Sequence record: NC_054922.1
Origin: Escherichia phage vB_EcoM_KAW1E185
DNA length: 64,000 bases
Direction: 5' to 3' (one strand)
The stretch's first letter is position 1. Each line of letters starts with the position of its first letter. The notes below the pieces were generated by a model. It was not told where the DNA came from. It saw nothing but the letters and a program-made list of their open reading frames with translations, and searched no databases. Shown in pieces: positions 31,680 to 43,659 of this stretch. A program made the position numbers and the translations under genes.

Positions 31680-32173
31680 AAAGTTTTAATAACCTCTATA
31701 ATATCGTCTTGAGAAAGACCGTTAATTAAAATATGATGTTCAGCAGGAGATTTAGAAATTTTAAAGCATGCCTCAACATCTTCTGCCATATCTGATGCGC
31801 TACGATTTGGATTACTAATTCCAAGACGATGTTTTCCCGTCAAAGGATTAACGATGATATAGCATTTACAGTTGTTAATATGAACATTAGGTTGAGTCTG
31901 ATTAATGAACACATCACAATCATATTTCGCAAGCTGATTTTCTAAAAAGACTTTCATCTCCTCAACTGCATCAGGAAGCATATCACGGGCTTGCTCAAGA
32001 CGACGATTTCGATATTCTTTAATGGTCGTTTTCCGCTTGACTTGCTTAGCTAAATCTTTCTTAAGATCGGTGATATATCCAACTCGACGATTTCCTTTAA
32101 ATACAGAAATCCCATCTGTAGTATCACCGTATGCTTCAACGACCATTTCAGTAGTAATAAGCTGTAAATCCAT
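31670..32173 (-). CDS. alc: Alc, inhibitor of host transcription on cytosine-containing DNA
   Basis: ORF recognised as T4 Alc; start set at the second Met for about 167 aa. Confidence 0.8.
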   Translation of the reverse strand: MDLQLITTEMVVEAYGDTTDGISVFKGNRRVGYITDLKKDLAKQVKRKTTIKEYRNRRLEQARDMLPDAVEEMKVFLENQLAKYDCDVFINQTQPNVHINNCKCYIIVNPLTGKHRLGISNPNRSASDMAEDVEACFKISKSPAEHHILINGLSQDDIIEVIKTLCN

Positions 32174-32203
32174 CATAAAGTCCTCATGTTATGTCAGTAA
32201 GAC

Positions 32204-32234
32204 TACTGTAACACAACACGAGGGACTTGTAAAC
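32204..32234 (-). promoter_or_regulatory. Early promoter upstream of alc (-35 GTTTAC with spacer identical to the 18495-18517 copy)
   Basis: 23-mer cacaacacgagggacttgtaaac identical to 18495-18517; weaker -10 (TACAGT). Confidence 0.4.
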
Positions 32235-32237
32235 AGC

Positions 32238-33825
<1,588 letters not shown>

Positions 33826-33832
33826 AATAAAA

Positions 33833-33848
33833 TGGGCCTTGCGGCCCA
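33833..33848 (-). terminator. Hairpin (GNRA loop) plus U-run between nrdB stop and denA start
   Basis: Minus-strand UGGGCC-GCAA-GGCCCA followed by UUUUAUU immediately 5' of the denA ATG. Confidence 0.45.
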
Positions 33849-33852
33849 CTCC

Positions 33853-35022
33853 TTAAAAATATTTTTTAAAACTCATCATAACTTTATCATCAACGTCATT
33901 ATCAATCTGTGCTACAAGATAAGATGACAGTTCTACTTCTTGCGGTGCAGATTGAACATTATCAGAATTAAGATATTCACGAATCCAAGGATACGGATGT
34001 TTAACCGGAGCATCAGTAATTGGGCATGGAAGACCACACTGTTTCATACGAGATACAGTTAAGTAATCAATAAAGCTCCACATGCTATTTGTATTTAATC
34101 CAGGAACATCGCCATCTTTAAATAAATGAACTGCCCAGTCTTTTTCTTGACGGTTAACTTCCATGAAAATATCAACTGCTTCTTGTTCACACTCTTGAGC
34201 AATTTTAACCCATTCATCACCATCAGTGCCAAGTTGAAGTTGACGAATAATATATTGGGTGCCTTTAAGGTGAAGCTGCTCATCACGTGCAATGAACTTC
34301 ATAATCTTGGCATTACCTTCCATGATTTCCATGTTCTTATGGAAGTTAAAGGTACATGCGAAAGATACATAAAAACGAATAGCTTCCAATGCGTTGATTA
34401 CGTGCAGGCAGAGGTAAAGAGATTTCATTAGTGCTCGTTTAGTACATTCAACAACTTTGCCTAGCTCTTCTTTACGAAATCCTTCTGATAAAATTCCTTC
34501 ATAATCTTCAACCGCATTCTGATATTCACGAGTCTTAACTAGAACGTCATCATAATAACGACCAATAGATTCAGCACGTTTCATGATAGCTTTATCTAAT
34601 ACAATCTCATCAAATACCTTTGATGGATCAGTATAAAGATTTCGCATGATATGAGTATATGAACGACTGTGAATAGTTTCGCTAAAAGTCCATGTAGCAA
34701 CCCATGTATCAAGACTTGGGTCTGAAATTAACGACATAAGTACAGCAGACGGCGCACGACCCTGAATGCTATCCAAAAGTGATTGATACTTCAGGTTATT
34801 AGTAAAAATATCTTGCTGATATTGAGGAAGCTTGTTAAATTGTGCAGCATCCATCATCAAGTTTACTTCTTCAGGACGCCAGAAAAATGATAAAGATTTC
34901 TCAATAAGTTCTTCAAATACTCTATGCCGTTGAATATCATATCGAGCTAAACCCAATCCAGAACCAAAAAACATCGGCTCAGTCAAAATATTAACAGGGG
35001 ATGTATTAAAAACTGTACTCAT
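33853..35022 (-). CDS. nrdB: Ribonucleotide reductase small subunit NrdB (uninterrupted)
   Basis: 389-aa continuous ORF recognised as T4 NrdB; no intron interrupts the frame. Confidence 0.93.
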   Translation of the reverse strand: MSTVFNTSPVNILTEPMFFGSGLGLARYDIQRHRVFEELIEKSLSFFWRPEEVNLMMDAAQFNKLPQYQQDIFTNNLKYQSLLDSIQGRAPSAVLMSLISDPSLDTWVATWTFSETIHSRSYTHIMRNLYTDPSKVFDEIVLDKAIMKRAESIGRYYDDVLVKTREYQNAVEDYEGILSEGFRKEELGKVVECTKRALMKSLYLCLHVINALEAIRFYVSFACTFNFHKNMEIMEGNAKIMKFIARDEQLHLKGTQYIIRQLQLGTDGDEWVKIAQECEQEAVDIFMEVNRQEKDWAVHLFKDGDVPGLNTNSMWSFIDYLTVSRMKQCGLPCPITDAPVKHPYPWIREYLNSDNVQSAPQEVELSSYLVAQIDNDVDDKVMMSFKKYF

Positions 35023-35660
35023 TTAGAATCCTTAAATTTACATTTATCATAATGCCATCTTAGAGCATTGCCTTTATTAACCTTCTTGCCACAATGCGGA
35101 CAAGGCGGATACTCTATACTTTGCTTAGTTCTCAAAGAAATCAAATCACGAGTTTCTTTAGTATGAGGAACATCTCTTGTTGGAGAGATTGTACCATACA
35201 TCGGATTAAGCACGCCGACTTTAGCAGCAGCTATATTCTTTTTAGCTTCTTCGGTTTTAGGTTTTCTCATGCGAGCTAAATGCTCTTTGGTAAATTTCCT
35301 TCCTTTAAGAGCTCTACTTATCTTTTCCCTGGTTTCTATAGAAACTTCACGTCCTATAGCAGCTTCAGATAAACGTCGTCTACCTAATTCGTATAGTTGA
35401 GAAGAAATTTTATATGAGCGATTTTTACCAGTCAAGCACATTAAACCAAAAGCTTTCTTTAATCCTGGGGTGTCATATATTTTGCATAAAAGCCAATGAG
35501 CTATAAAATGCTCTCTACCTGTTAATTCAACTAAATTTTCTTTATCATCAGAACCTCCCATACATCTAGGGATTATATGATGAGTCTCTTTATATTCAGA
35601 TAAAGGTTCCCGAGCCTGAGCTCGGGAAATTAGGTCATTATAGATTTTTTGATAATTCAT
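35019..35660 (-). CDS. mobE: HNH homing endonuclease (MobE-like)
   Basis: 213-aa ORF with HNH motif (HHIIPRCMGGSDDKENLVELTGREHFIAHW) and C-terminal CPHC zinc-finger-like element; inserted between nrdA and nrdB with ATGA couplings. Confidence 0.7.
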   Translation of the reverse strand: MNYQKIYNDLISRAQAREPLSEYKETHHIIPRCMGGSDDKENLVELTGREHFIAHWLLCKIYDTPGLKKAFGLMCLTGKNRSYKISSQLYELGRRRLSEAAIGREVSIETREKISRALKGRKFTKEHLARMRKPKTEEAKKNIAAAKVGVLNPMYGTISPTRDVPHTKETRDLISLRTKQSIEYPPCPHCGKKVNKGNALRWHYDKCKFKDSK

Positions 35661-37924
35661 TACAATTTACACGCTGCACAATCTTCAGCTTTTGGAGTTT
35701 CTATTTCATAATCATCAGTACCAGAACCATCGCGGGTATTATGATAATAGAAATTTTTTCCGCCAAAATACCAAAAATACAAAAGGTCATCAATCATTAT
35801 TGACATTGGAACCTTGCCTTTAGGGAAGATTTGGGGGTCATAGTATGTATTCGCCGAAGCTGATTGACAAACCCATTTCAGCATAATAGCTACCTGCGTA
35901 AGATAAGGTTTATTACCTTTCTTAGCTAATTTCCATGTATAGTCGTAAAGGTCTATGTTATGCTCAATATTGGGCACGACCTGATTAAAGGAGCCCTCTT
36001 TTGATTCTTTAACAGAGACTGGTCCACGTGGAGGCTCGATACCGTTTGTACTGTTAGAAACTTGGGAAGATGACTCACATGGCATAAGTGCTGATAATGT
36101 GCTATTACGGATGCCAAAGAGCTTAAGGTCTTCCCGCAGCGACGACCAGTCACAAACGTATTTTGGAGCTGCGATTTGGTCAATCTTTTTATTGTACCAG
36201 TCGATAGGTAATTCGCCTCGAGACCAACGAGTGTCTGAATAATATTCGCAAGGTCCTTTTTCTTTGGCGAGCTTAATGGATGCTTTAATGAGTCCATACT
36301 GCAATCTCTCAAATAGTTCATGTGTTAAATCGTTAGCATCTTCATAAGAAGCAAAATTACTTGCCAGCCAAGCTGCATAGTTAGTAACACCTACGCCGAG
36401 GTTTCGACGCTTTTTAGCTTTTTCTGCTTCAGGAACTGGATATCCTTGGTAGTCCAAAAGATTATCAAGAGCACGAACTTGAACTTCTGCCAATTCATTA
36501 ATTTTATCTTGGTCTTGCCAATCAAAGTTATCTAACACAAATGCAGATAACGTACACAATCCAATTTCAGCATCAGGACTATTCACGTCATTTGTTGGAA
36601 TAGCAATTTCACAACACAAGTTGCTCTGACGAATAGGTGCCTTTTCACGAATAAATGGAGTATAGTTATTCGTATTATCAATGAACTGTACATAAATCCT
36701 TGCTGTTCCTGAGCGTTCAGTCATTAGCAATTCAAACAGCTCACGGGCTTTAATACGCTTTTTACGAATATTAGGGTCTTTTTCTGCGGCTTCATATAAT
36801 TCACGGAAACGGTCTTGGTCTTTAAAATAAGAATAATAAAGCTCACCACCCATTTCATGTGGACTGAACAAAGTAATGTAATCGTTCTTTCCGAATCGTT
36901 CCATCATCAAATCATTCAGCTGAACACCATAATCCATATGACGAATTCGGTTTTCTTCTACGCCTTTGTTATTTTTCAAAACGAGAAGATTTTCAACTTC
37001 CAAATGCCAAATAGGATAATAAGCAGTAGCAGCGCCGCCACGAATTCCACCCTGTGAGCATGATTTAACAGCAGTCTGAAAATGTTTCCAAAAAGGAATA
37101 ACACCAGTATGACGTACTTCACCTGTACCAATCTTAGAACCTTCGGCACGAATCATACCAACGTTAATACCAATTCCAGCGCGTTTGGAGATATATTCAA
37201 CAATTGAAGCGGAAGCCTTATTGATAGACTTCAGCGAATCACCTGCCTCAATAACAACACATGAACTAAACTGTCGAGTCGGAGTACGACAACCAGCCAT
37301 AATAGGAGTTGGCAGTGAAATCTGTCGAGTAGATACTGCTTCATAAAAACGGATAACATGTTTTAATCTATCAACAGGTTCATCTTGATGCAGTGCCATT
37401 CCAATAGCCATAAATGCAAACTGTGGAGTTTCATAAATTTGACCAGTGGTTTTATCTTTAACTAGATATTTTTCTTTTAATTGCATCGCCCCGGAATAAG
37501 TAAATTCCATATCCCGCTCGTGCTTAATTTTTGATTCTAAAAATGTAATTTCTTCCGCAGAATATTTTGACAATAATTCAGGGTCATATTTACCTGCATT
37601 TACGCAATAAGAAATATGGTCAATAAATGAACGCGGTTCATACTGCCCGTAAACATGCTTACGAAGAGCAAACATTAAACAGCGTGCAGCTACATATTGA
37701 TAATCAGGCTCTTCAACCGAAATAGAATTCGCAGCAGCCTTAATGACAATAGTCTGAATATCATCAGTTGTCATTCCATCACGGAGATAAGATTTAATAT
37801 TTTCATATAATTCATAAGGATCTACTGATGTTCCCTCAGCTGCCCAAGATAAAACTTTAATAATTTTTTGTGGATCAAAGCTCTGAGAAACACCACTACT
37901 TTTGATAACATTAATTAATTGCAT
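35660..37924 (-). CDS. nrdA: Ribonucleotide reductase large subunit NrdA
   Basis: 754-aa ORF recognised as T4 NrdA. Confidence 0.95.
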   Translation of the reverse strand: MQLINVIKSSGVSQSFDPQKIIKVLSWAAEGTSVDPYELYENIKSYLRDGMTTDDIQTIVIKAAANSISVEEPDYQYVAARCLMFALRKHVYGQYEPRSFIDHISYCVNAGKYDPELLSKYSAEEITFLESKIKHERDMEFTYSGAMQLKEKYLVKDKTTGQIYETPQFAFMAIGMALHQDEPVDRLKHVIRFYEAVSTRQISLPTPIMAGCRTPTRQFSSCVVIEAGDSLKSINKASASIVEYISKRAGIGINVGMIRAEGSKIGTGEVRHTGVIPFWKHFQTAVKSCSQGGIRGGAATAYYPIWHLEVENLLVLKNNKGVEENRIRHMDYGVQLNDLMMERFGKNDYITLFSPHEMGGELYYSYFKDQDRFRELYEAAEKDPNIRKKRIKARELFELLMTERSGTARIYVQFIDNTNNYTPFIREKAPIRQSNLCCEIAIPTNDVNSPDAEIGLCTLSAFVLDNFDWQDQDKINELAEVQVRALDNLLDYQGYPVPEAEKAKKRRNLGVGVTNYAAWLASNFASYEDANDLTHELFERLQYGLIKASIKLAKEKGPCEYYSDTRWSRGELPIDWYNKKIDQIAAPKYVCDWSSLREDLKLFGIRNSTLSALMPCESSSQVSNSTNGIEPPRGPVSVKESKEGSFNQVVPNIEHNIDLYDYTWKLAKKGNKPYLTQVAIMLKWVCQSASANTYYDPQIFPKGKVPMSIMIDDLLYFWYFGGKNFYYHNTRDGSGTDDYEIETPKAEDCAACKL

Positions 37925-38241
37925 AAGTCCTCAACTTGAAAATCGTCTTTAAACAATCGGTTAACTATATGAGCTATTATATCACCATGACACGGCTTTG
38001 GTTTACATGTGCATCCTAGCCTCATTCCACGTAAAGGCTCTAAATGTGCTTTAGTTATTTCTCCGGATTTAATTCGACGTATAAAATCTTTTTTGAATAA
38101 TTCAATGGCAGCCTCCCGGCTGCCAGCATCTTTACCGACGTAATTTCCCCAAAATGTACCGCGGTGAATATTAACATCAAAGTCGGATTTGTATTTATTC
38201 ACTACCCGGCATAGACGGCCCACGCTGGAATAATTCGTCAT
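37915..38241 (-). CDS. Hypothetical protein, T4 nrdA.1-like
   Basis: 108-aa Cys/His-containing ORF. Confidence 0.5.
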
Positions 38242-38458
38242 ATTGTTTTTCCGTTAAAACAGTAATATCGTAGTAACAGTCAGAAGAAGTTTTAACTGTG
38301 GAAATTTTATTATCAAAATACTCACGAGTCATTTTATGAGTATAGTATTTTTTACCATAAATGGTAATAGGCTGTTCTGGTCCTGGAACTTCTAACTCGC
38401 TTGGGTTAGGAAGTGTAAAAAGAACAACGCCAGAAGTATCTTTAAATCGTAAAATCAT
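38195..38458 (-). CDS. Hypothetical protein, T4 nrdA.2-like
   Basis: 87-aa ORF. Confidence 0.45.
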
Positions 38459-39315
38459 ATTGCCATTTTCCCTTTAATTGCTGGATGCGATTCATAATTT
38501 TCAAGGATAAAATCTTTCGGTTTCATGTATTCAGTTAACCAGTAAAGCTGTGTTTCGGTGTCACAATTTCCAAACTCTATAGGCCAATCAATTTTAAGTT
38601 CACATAGTTCTTTAGGCTCACGACGTAAAATTTCTTTACATTGCTCAGTATGATTCATATAGATGTGAGTATTACCACCAGAAAATATCAAATCTCCTGG
38701 GATAAGATTACACATCTTAGCCACAATATGCGTCAAGGCAGCGTACGAGGCAATGTTGAATGGCAAGCCCAAGAAAACATCTACACTTCTTTGGTACCAT
38801 TGTAAATCAAGATAACCATTACGCACATTAAACTGATAGAACATATGACAGGGCGGTAATGCCATTTGATTGATTTCAGCTGGATTCCATGCTGAAACGA
38901 TTTGACGTCGATCAGTTGGTAATTTTTTAATACGATCAATAGTTTCAACTAATTGATCCACACCACCGAAATCACGCCATTGTTTACCGTATATAGGACC
39001 AAGTTCACCACTATGATATCCTAGGTCTTTAGCCTGGTTTTCATAGTTATCGTCCCAAATAGTTTTACCTTGAATAAGACTACCATGAGTGCGAAGACGT
39101 AAATCATTAACATTGGTAGAACCGGAAATAAACCATAGAAGCTCAGCAATGCATGCATTCCAGGCGAGCTTCTTAGTCGTTACTGCAGGAAAACCTTTAG
39201 TTAAATCCCAGCGTAATTTAGTACCGAACAAAGCAATTGTTCCTGTGCCTGTTCGGTCATCGGTTTCATAACCATTTTCAAAAATGTCTTTAATTAAATC
39301 TTGGTATTGTTTCAT
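38455..39315 (-). CDS. td: Thymidylate synthase (uninterrupted)
   Basis: 286-aa continuous ORF with catalytic PPCH motif; recognised as T4 Td; no intron. Confidence 0.95.
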
Positions 39316-39359
39316 TTAGTACCTTATATAAATTATAATACATTTTATGAAGCTAATAA

Positions 39360-39707
39360 TTAATACGGTTTAGCATCAAATTTTCTCTCAATTTCAGGCG
39401 TGAAATATAATTCTTTACCGCGTTTGGAAAAGCGACCAATAATATGATAATTATTCTCATCAAACGTGATATTACCAATATCCATAGCTTTCAACCAAAT
39501 ATCGATATTTCTATCCAGCTTTATGTCAAAATTCCAATACGGAGAACTATTACCGAAAATACTGCAAGCGGATTCAGTGAAACAACTGCTATAAATCTTG
39601 TCTTTAGGAACTACTAATTGATAGACACCTTTAATAAACTGAGGACCCTGCCACTTTGGCTGTTTCGCGTCTTTTTCTAATAGAATAGGGTAATAATTAA
39701 AATTCAT
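39360..39707 (-). CDS. Hypothetical protein between frd and td
   Basis: Track ORF of 119 aa begins with GTG; the internal ATG at 39705-39707 gives 115 aa; no recognisable motifs. Confidence 0.4.
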   Translation of the reverse strand: MNFNYYPILLEKDAKQPKWQGPQFIKGVYQLVVPKDKIYSSCFTESACSIFGNSSPYWNFDIKLDRNIDIWLKAMDIGNITFDENNYHIIGRFSKRGKELYFTPEIERKFDAKPY

Positions 39708-39727
39708 ATTTTCCGCCACGCGTTATT

Positions 39728-40557
<830 letters not shown>

Positions 40558-40568
40558 ATTATCTCCTA

Positions 40569-40901
40569 TTAAAAAGGATCAGGAACATATCCACTAGCTT
40601 TAATCATTTTAACTAATGTTACCATTCCTTTGTTAACTGCTTGTGAGATTTCATCAAAAACTTCATCATTAAAAAGTTCTAGCACACCCTTCTGAACTTT
40701 TAATTTACAGCCAACAATTTCGTCATCGCCTATAGTAAATTCATTACCGCCAATTCCACCGAAAAACTTAATTACCCCAGTTAACTGTCTTCCACGAGAA
40801 TATGGGTCATGTGATAAAGTAATATGAGTCACCCCAGGTACAGTTTTAAATTGACAGCGAATGTTTACTTGAGAAATTCCAGTTACATGAATGTCAGACA
40901 T
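40569..40901 (-). CDS. Hypothetical protein, T4 frd.2-like
   Basis: 110-aa ORF. Confidence 0.5.
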   Translation of the reverse strand: MSDIHVTGISQVNIRCQFKTVPGVTHITLSHDPYSRGRQLTGVIKFFGGIGGNEFTIGDDEIVGCKLKVQKGVLELFNDEVFDEISQAVNKGMVTLVKMIKASGYVPDPF

Positions 40902-40911
40902 AATATTTTCC

Positions 40912-41154
40912 TCAAACAGACTTTTTCACAGTTTTCCAATCAGCTTTAAACTGATCAACATCAGAATGGTAAATCCAGAATCCTGCGCTTTCTCCATCCT
41001 CATAAAGAGGGCATCCATCGCATTCATCTTCCCATCCCATATCACGCAAAAGACGTTCAGCTTTTTCAACGAGTTCAGAATCTTTACCGATGATATTAAA
41101 ATACCATTTACCTCTAACTTCTGAATCTTTGATGCTCTGGCGTTGTAATCTCAT
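40912..41154 (-). CDS. Hypothetical protein, T4 frd.3-like
   Basis: 80-aa ORF with CDGC motif. Confidence 0.5.
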   Translation of the reverse strand: MRLQRQSIKDSEVRGKWYFNIIGKDSELVEKAERLLRDMGWEDECDGCPLYEDGESAGFWIYHSDVDQFKADWKTVKKSV

Positions 41155-41208
41155 TTTATTCTCCTTAGTTGATAGGGTAATAGTATCACACTACTACCCT
41201 TCTGTAAA

Positions 41209-41574
41209 CTACTTTTTGAAAGTTTTTCGCAAAAGTTCAATGATTTCATCTACATTGTTTTCGTCAACAATGCAGTGAATTTTTGTTACGCCATAAACCT
41301 CGTCTTTGACTTCATCTTCTTCAGAAGTCGGTTCTTTATACTCACGAAAACAATGAAATTCATCTTCGCAGACGTTGAAGTAAAAATGCTTTCCATTGGC
41401 GCATTCTACGTGTTTTACTACTTTAAATCCATCAGCAAAGAAAACTTCTTTAACTTCAAACCATCCGCCATTTTCTTGAATAGCTTTAACTATTAATGAA
41501 TTAGAACGCGGGCGATAATTAATAAATGTATCAATAAGTCTTGGAACAAGTTCGTACTTTTTATCAATATACAT
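41209..41574 (-). CDS. Hypothetical protein
   Basis: 121-aa ORF. Confidence 0.45.
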   Translation of the reverse strand: MYIDKKYELVPRLIDTFINYRPRSNSLIVKAIQENGGWFEVKEVFFADGFKVVKHVECANGKHFYFNVCEDEFHCFREYKEPTSEEDEVKDEVYGVTKIHCIVDENNVDEIIELLRKTFKK

Positions 41575-41618
41575 TGTGTTTTCCTCATTTTAATAGGGGC
41601 TTGATAGCCCCTCGATAA

Positions 41619-41870
41619 TTACTGTTCAATCAATCCCATGTAAAATTCTGCATCTTCAGCATCCATACCATCACAGTATTCATTAGCCATAAATCGTTCA
41701 AGAACTTCTAAAGGACCTTCAATAACAATAGAAAAATTGCAATAATTGGGATCATCATGAATACTTGTGATACTAAGTTCAGGATAACGATTACGAATAA
41801 TTTCTTCAATATATTCAAAATCAACGATGTCAATATCAACTTTAGCCATATTGTTTTCCTCTTTAATCAT
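41619..41870 (-). CDS. Hypothetical acidic protein
   Basis: 83-aa ORF immediately downstream of an early promoter. Confidence 0.45.
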   Translation of the reverse strand: MIKEENNMAKVDIDIVDFEYIEEIIRNRYPELSITSIHDDPNYCNFSIVIEGPLEVLERFMANEYCDGMDAEDAEFYMGLIEQ

Positions 41871-41890
41871 CAGCAGTATTGCCGATAGTT

Positions 41891-41922
41891 GTATAGTACC
41901 ACAGTATGCTTTGGTTGTAAAC
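41891..41922 (-). promoter_or_regulatory. Sigma70-type early promoter (-35 GTTTAC, -10 TACTATAC) with A/T-rich upstream element
   Basis: Minus strand aaaaatttttttttcacagaacgGTTTAC-aaccaaagcatactgtgg-TACTATAC; near-identical copy at 58475-58506. Confidence 0.5.
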
Positions 41923-41956
41923 CGTTCTGTGAAAAAAAAATTTTTGAAATAAAAAA

Positions 41957-41975
41957 GGGGACCTCTAGGGTCCCC
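41957..41975 (-). terminator. Rho-independent terminator after gene 32
   Basis: Minus-strand GGGGACC...GGUCCCC hairpin followed by UUUUUUAUUU. Confidence 0.6.
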
Positions 41976-41997
41976 AATTAATTAGTAATATAATCTA

Positions 41998-42906
41998 TTA
42001 AAGGTCATTCAAAAGGTCATCCAGGTCCGTGTCATCAGCACTAGATGAACTGCCAGAGCTTGAGCTCATAAAATCATCTTCAGTTTTTGTTTTGAAGTCA
42101 TCAACATTGAATGCATCCAAATCATCAGCAACTTTATCGGCTTTCTTAGCAGCAGTTGCTGCGGCACCACCCATAGCAGCAGTTCCCATAACTTGACTGA
42201 ACTTAGTGCTCAGTTCTTCAAACGATTTGAATTTATCTTTAGAAGTCATTTCAGAAAGGTCAACCATTTGTTCGAACAGTTCTTTCTGGAAAGATTCATC
42301 ATCAATGTTTGGAATCGCAGATTGATTCAGGAATTTAGATTCGTCGTAGTTACTAAATCCAGAAACTTGTTTAACTTTCAGTACAAAGTTAGCACCTTCC
42401 CACGGACAAGTTACATCAACTGGAGTTTCACCCATTTCAACATCAACCGCAATCATTGCATTGATTTTATCCCAGATTTTCTTACCGAAACGGTATTTAA
42501 ATACTTTACCTTCGTTTTCTGGAGCAGCTGGGTCTTTTACTACAAGAATGTTAGCCCAGTAAGAAGTTTTACGTTTAACAAGACTGTACTCTTTATTGTC
42601 AGTGTTGTACAGATCATTTTTACTAATGTATTGACATACTGGGCAAGAATCGTAATCACCGTGGGTAGATGAACAGTTTTCAATATACCATTTACCATTT
42701 TTCTTGAAACCGTGATTTACAAGAATTGCGAATGGTGCTTGTTCATCATTTTTAGACGGAAGAAAACGAATTACTGCTTGACCGTTACCCGCATTGTCGA
42801 GTTTCAGTTTCCACTCGCCTTTATCTTCAGAAGAAAAACCACCTTTATTTCCAGCCAGTTTAGCCATTTGTGCAGCGAGTTCAGCAGTAGATTTACGTTT
42901 AAACAT
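41998..42906 (-). CDS. 32: Single-stranded DNA-binding protein gp32
   Basis: 302-aa ORF recognised as T4 gp32, including the acidic Ser/Asp-rich C-terminal tail. Confidence 0.95.
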   Translation of the reverse strand: MFKRKSTAELAAQMAKLAGNKGGFSSEDKGEWKLKLDNAGNGQAVIRFLPSKNDEQAPFAILVNHGFKKNGKWYIENCSSTHGDYDSCPVCQYISKNDLYNTDNKEYSLVKRKTSYWANILVVKDPAAPENEGKVFKYRFGKKIWDKINAMIAVDVEMGETPVDVTCPWEGANFVLKVKQVSGFSNYDESKFLNQSAIPNIDDESFQKELFEQMVDLSEMTSKDKFKSFEELSTKFSQVMGTAAMGGAAATAAKKADKVADDLDAFNVDDFKTKTEDDFMSSSSGSSSSADDTDLDDLLNDL

Positions 42907-42989
42907 TTTTATTTCCTTTTTAATTTAATTAACAGTTGGTGCTATGACGATGTATGACCTCATAGCTGGTCAGTGAGATAATTATAATC

Positions 42990-42997
42990 TATTTATA
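42990..42997 (-). promoter_or_regulatory. Late promoter TATAAATA in the gene 32 upstream region
   Basis: Reverse complement gives TATAAATA about 85 nt upstream of the gp32 ATG. Confidence 0.4.
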
Positions 42998-43005
42998 ATA
43001 AGCAA

Positions 43006-43659
43006 TTAATACTTACAAGATTTCACAGTTTCAATGAAAACACTTTTAGCTTTCTGTGAATCAATATTTAAAATTTTTCTATAAGCCTTTAACTTTATAG
43101 AATAATTATTCCAGACTAAATTATCAGTCTGTTCATCATGTTTATCAATTATATTTAAAAATGAATCAAGCAAGATAAACGTCTCAAACGAAATTATGTT
43201 CGACTGAAGCAGTTTAAAAATATAACTTGATTGAACTTTTGGATTATATTCAAAAATTTCTTTAAAAGCAGAAACTTCAACTTTTTTACTAAAATAATAA
43301 ATGTTGCGAATATCTTCTTCAAACTTAAATTTAATTTGCTTTAAGCGTCCGATATATTCACGATAAAACACAAGTGCATCAGCGTCAGAGATGTCACCAA
43401 TCCAAGCATCTTGGTTAGCAACCAAATTACTTATAAAGATTAAAGCAAGTTCCTTTAATTTATATTTTTCTGATAACTTCTGGAAAAAATACTTATCCCT
43501 TCGCTTTTGATAAGCGGCATCAGACACCCGCATGCACCAATTATACTTAATTACATCATACTTTCCATTCATATGTTGTTTTATCATTAAGTATAATTTA
43601 TAAACTGATTTACCATCAATGTATCTTTCACCACCAGCAGGCATGCGGAGTTTAATCAT
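43006..43659 (-). CDS. 59: gp59 helicase loader
   Basis: 217-aa ORF; T4 length and position directly upstream of gene 32, with no intervening seg gene. Confidence 0.9.
   Translation of the reverse strand: MIKLRMPAGGERYIDGKSVYKLYLMIKQHMNGKYDVIKYNWCMRVSDAAYQKRRDKYFFQKLSEKYKLKELALIFISNLVANQDAWIGDISDADALVFYREYIGRLKQIKFKFEEDIRNIYYFSKKVEVSAFKEIFEYNPKVQSSYIFKLLQSNIISFETFILLDSFLNIIDKHDEQTDNLVWNNYSIKLKAYRKILNIDSQKAKSVFIETVKSCKY

Noticed and set aside
33853-35022. Possible group I intron within nrdB
   Set aside because: The nrdB reading frame is continuous over 389 codons with no interruption or in-frame stop, so an intron was looked for and not found.
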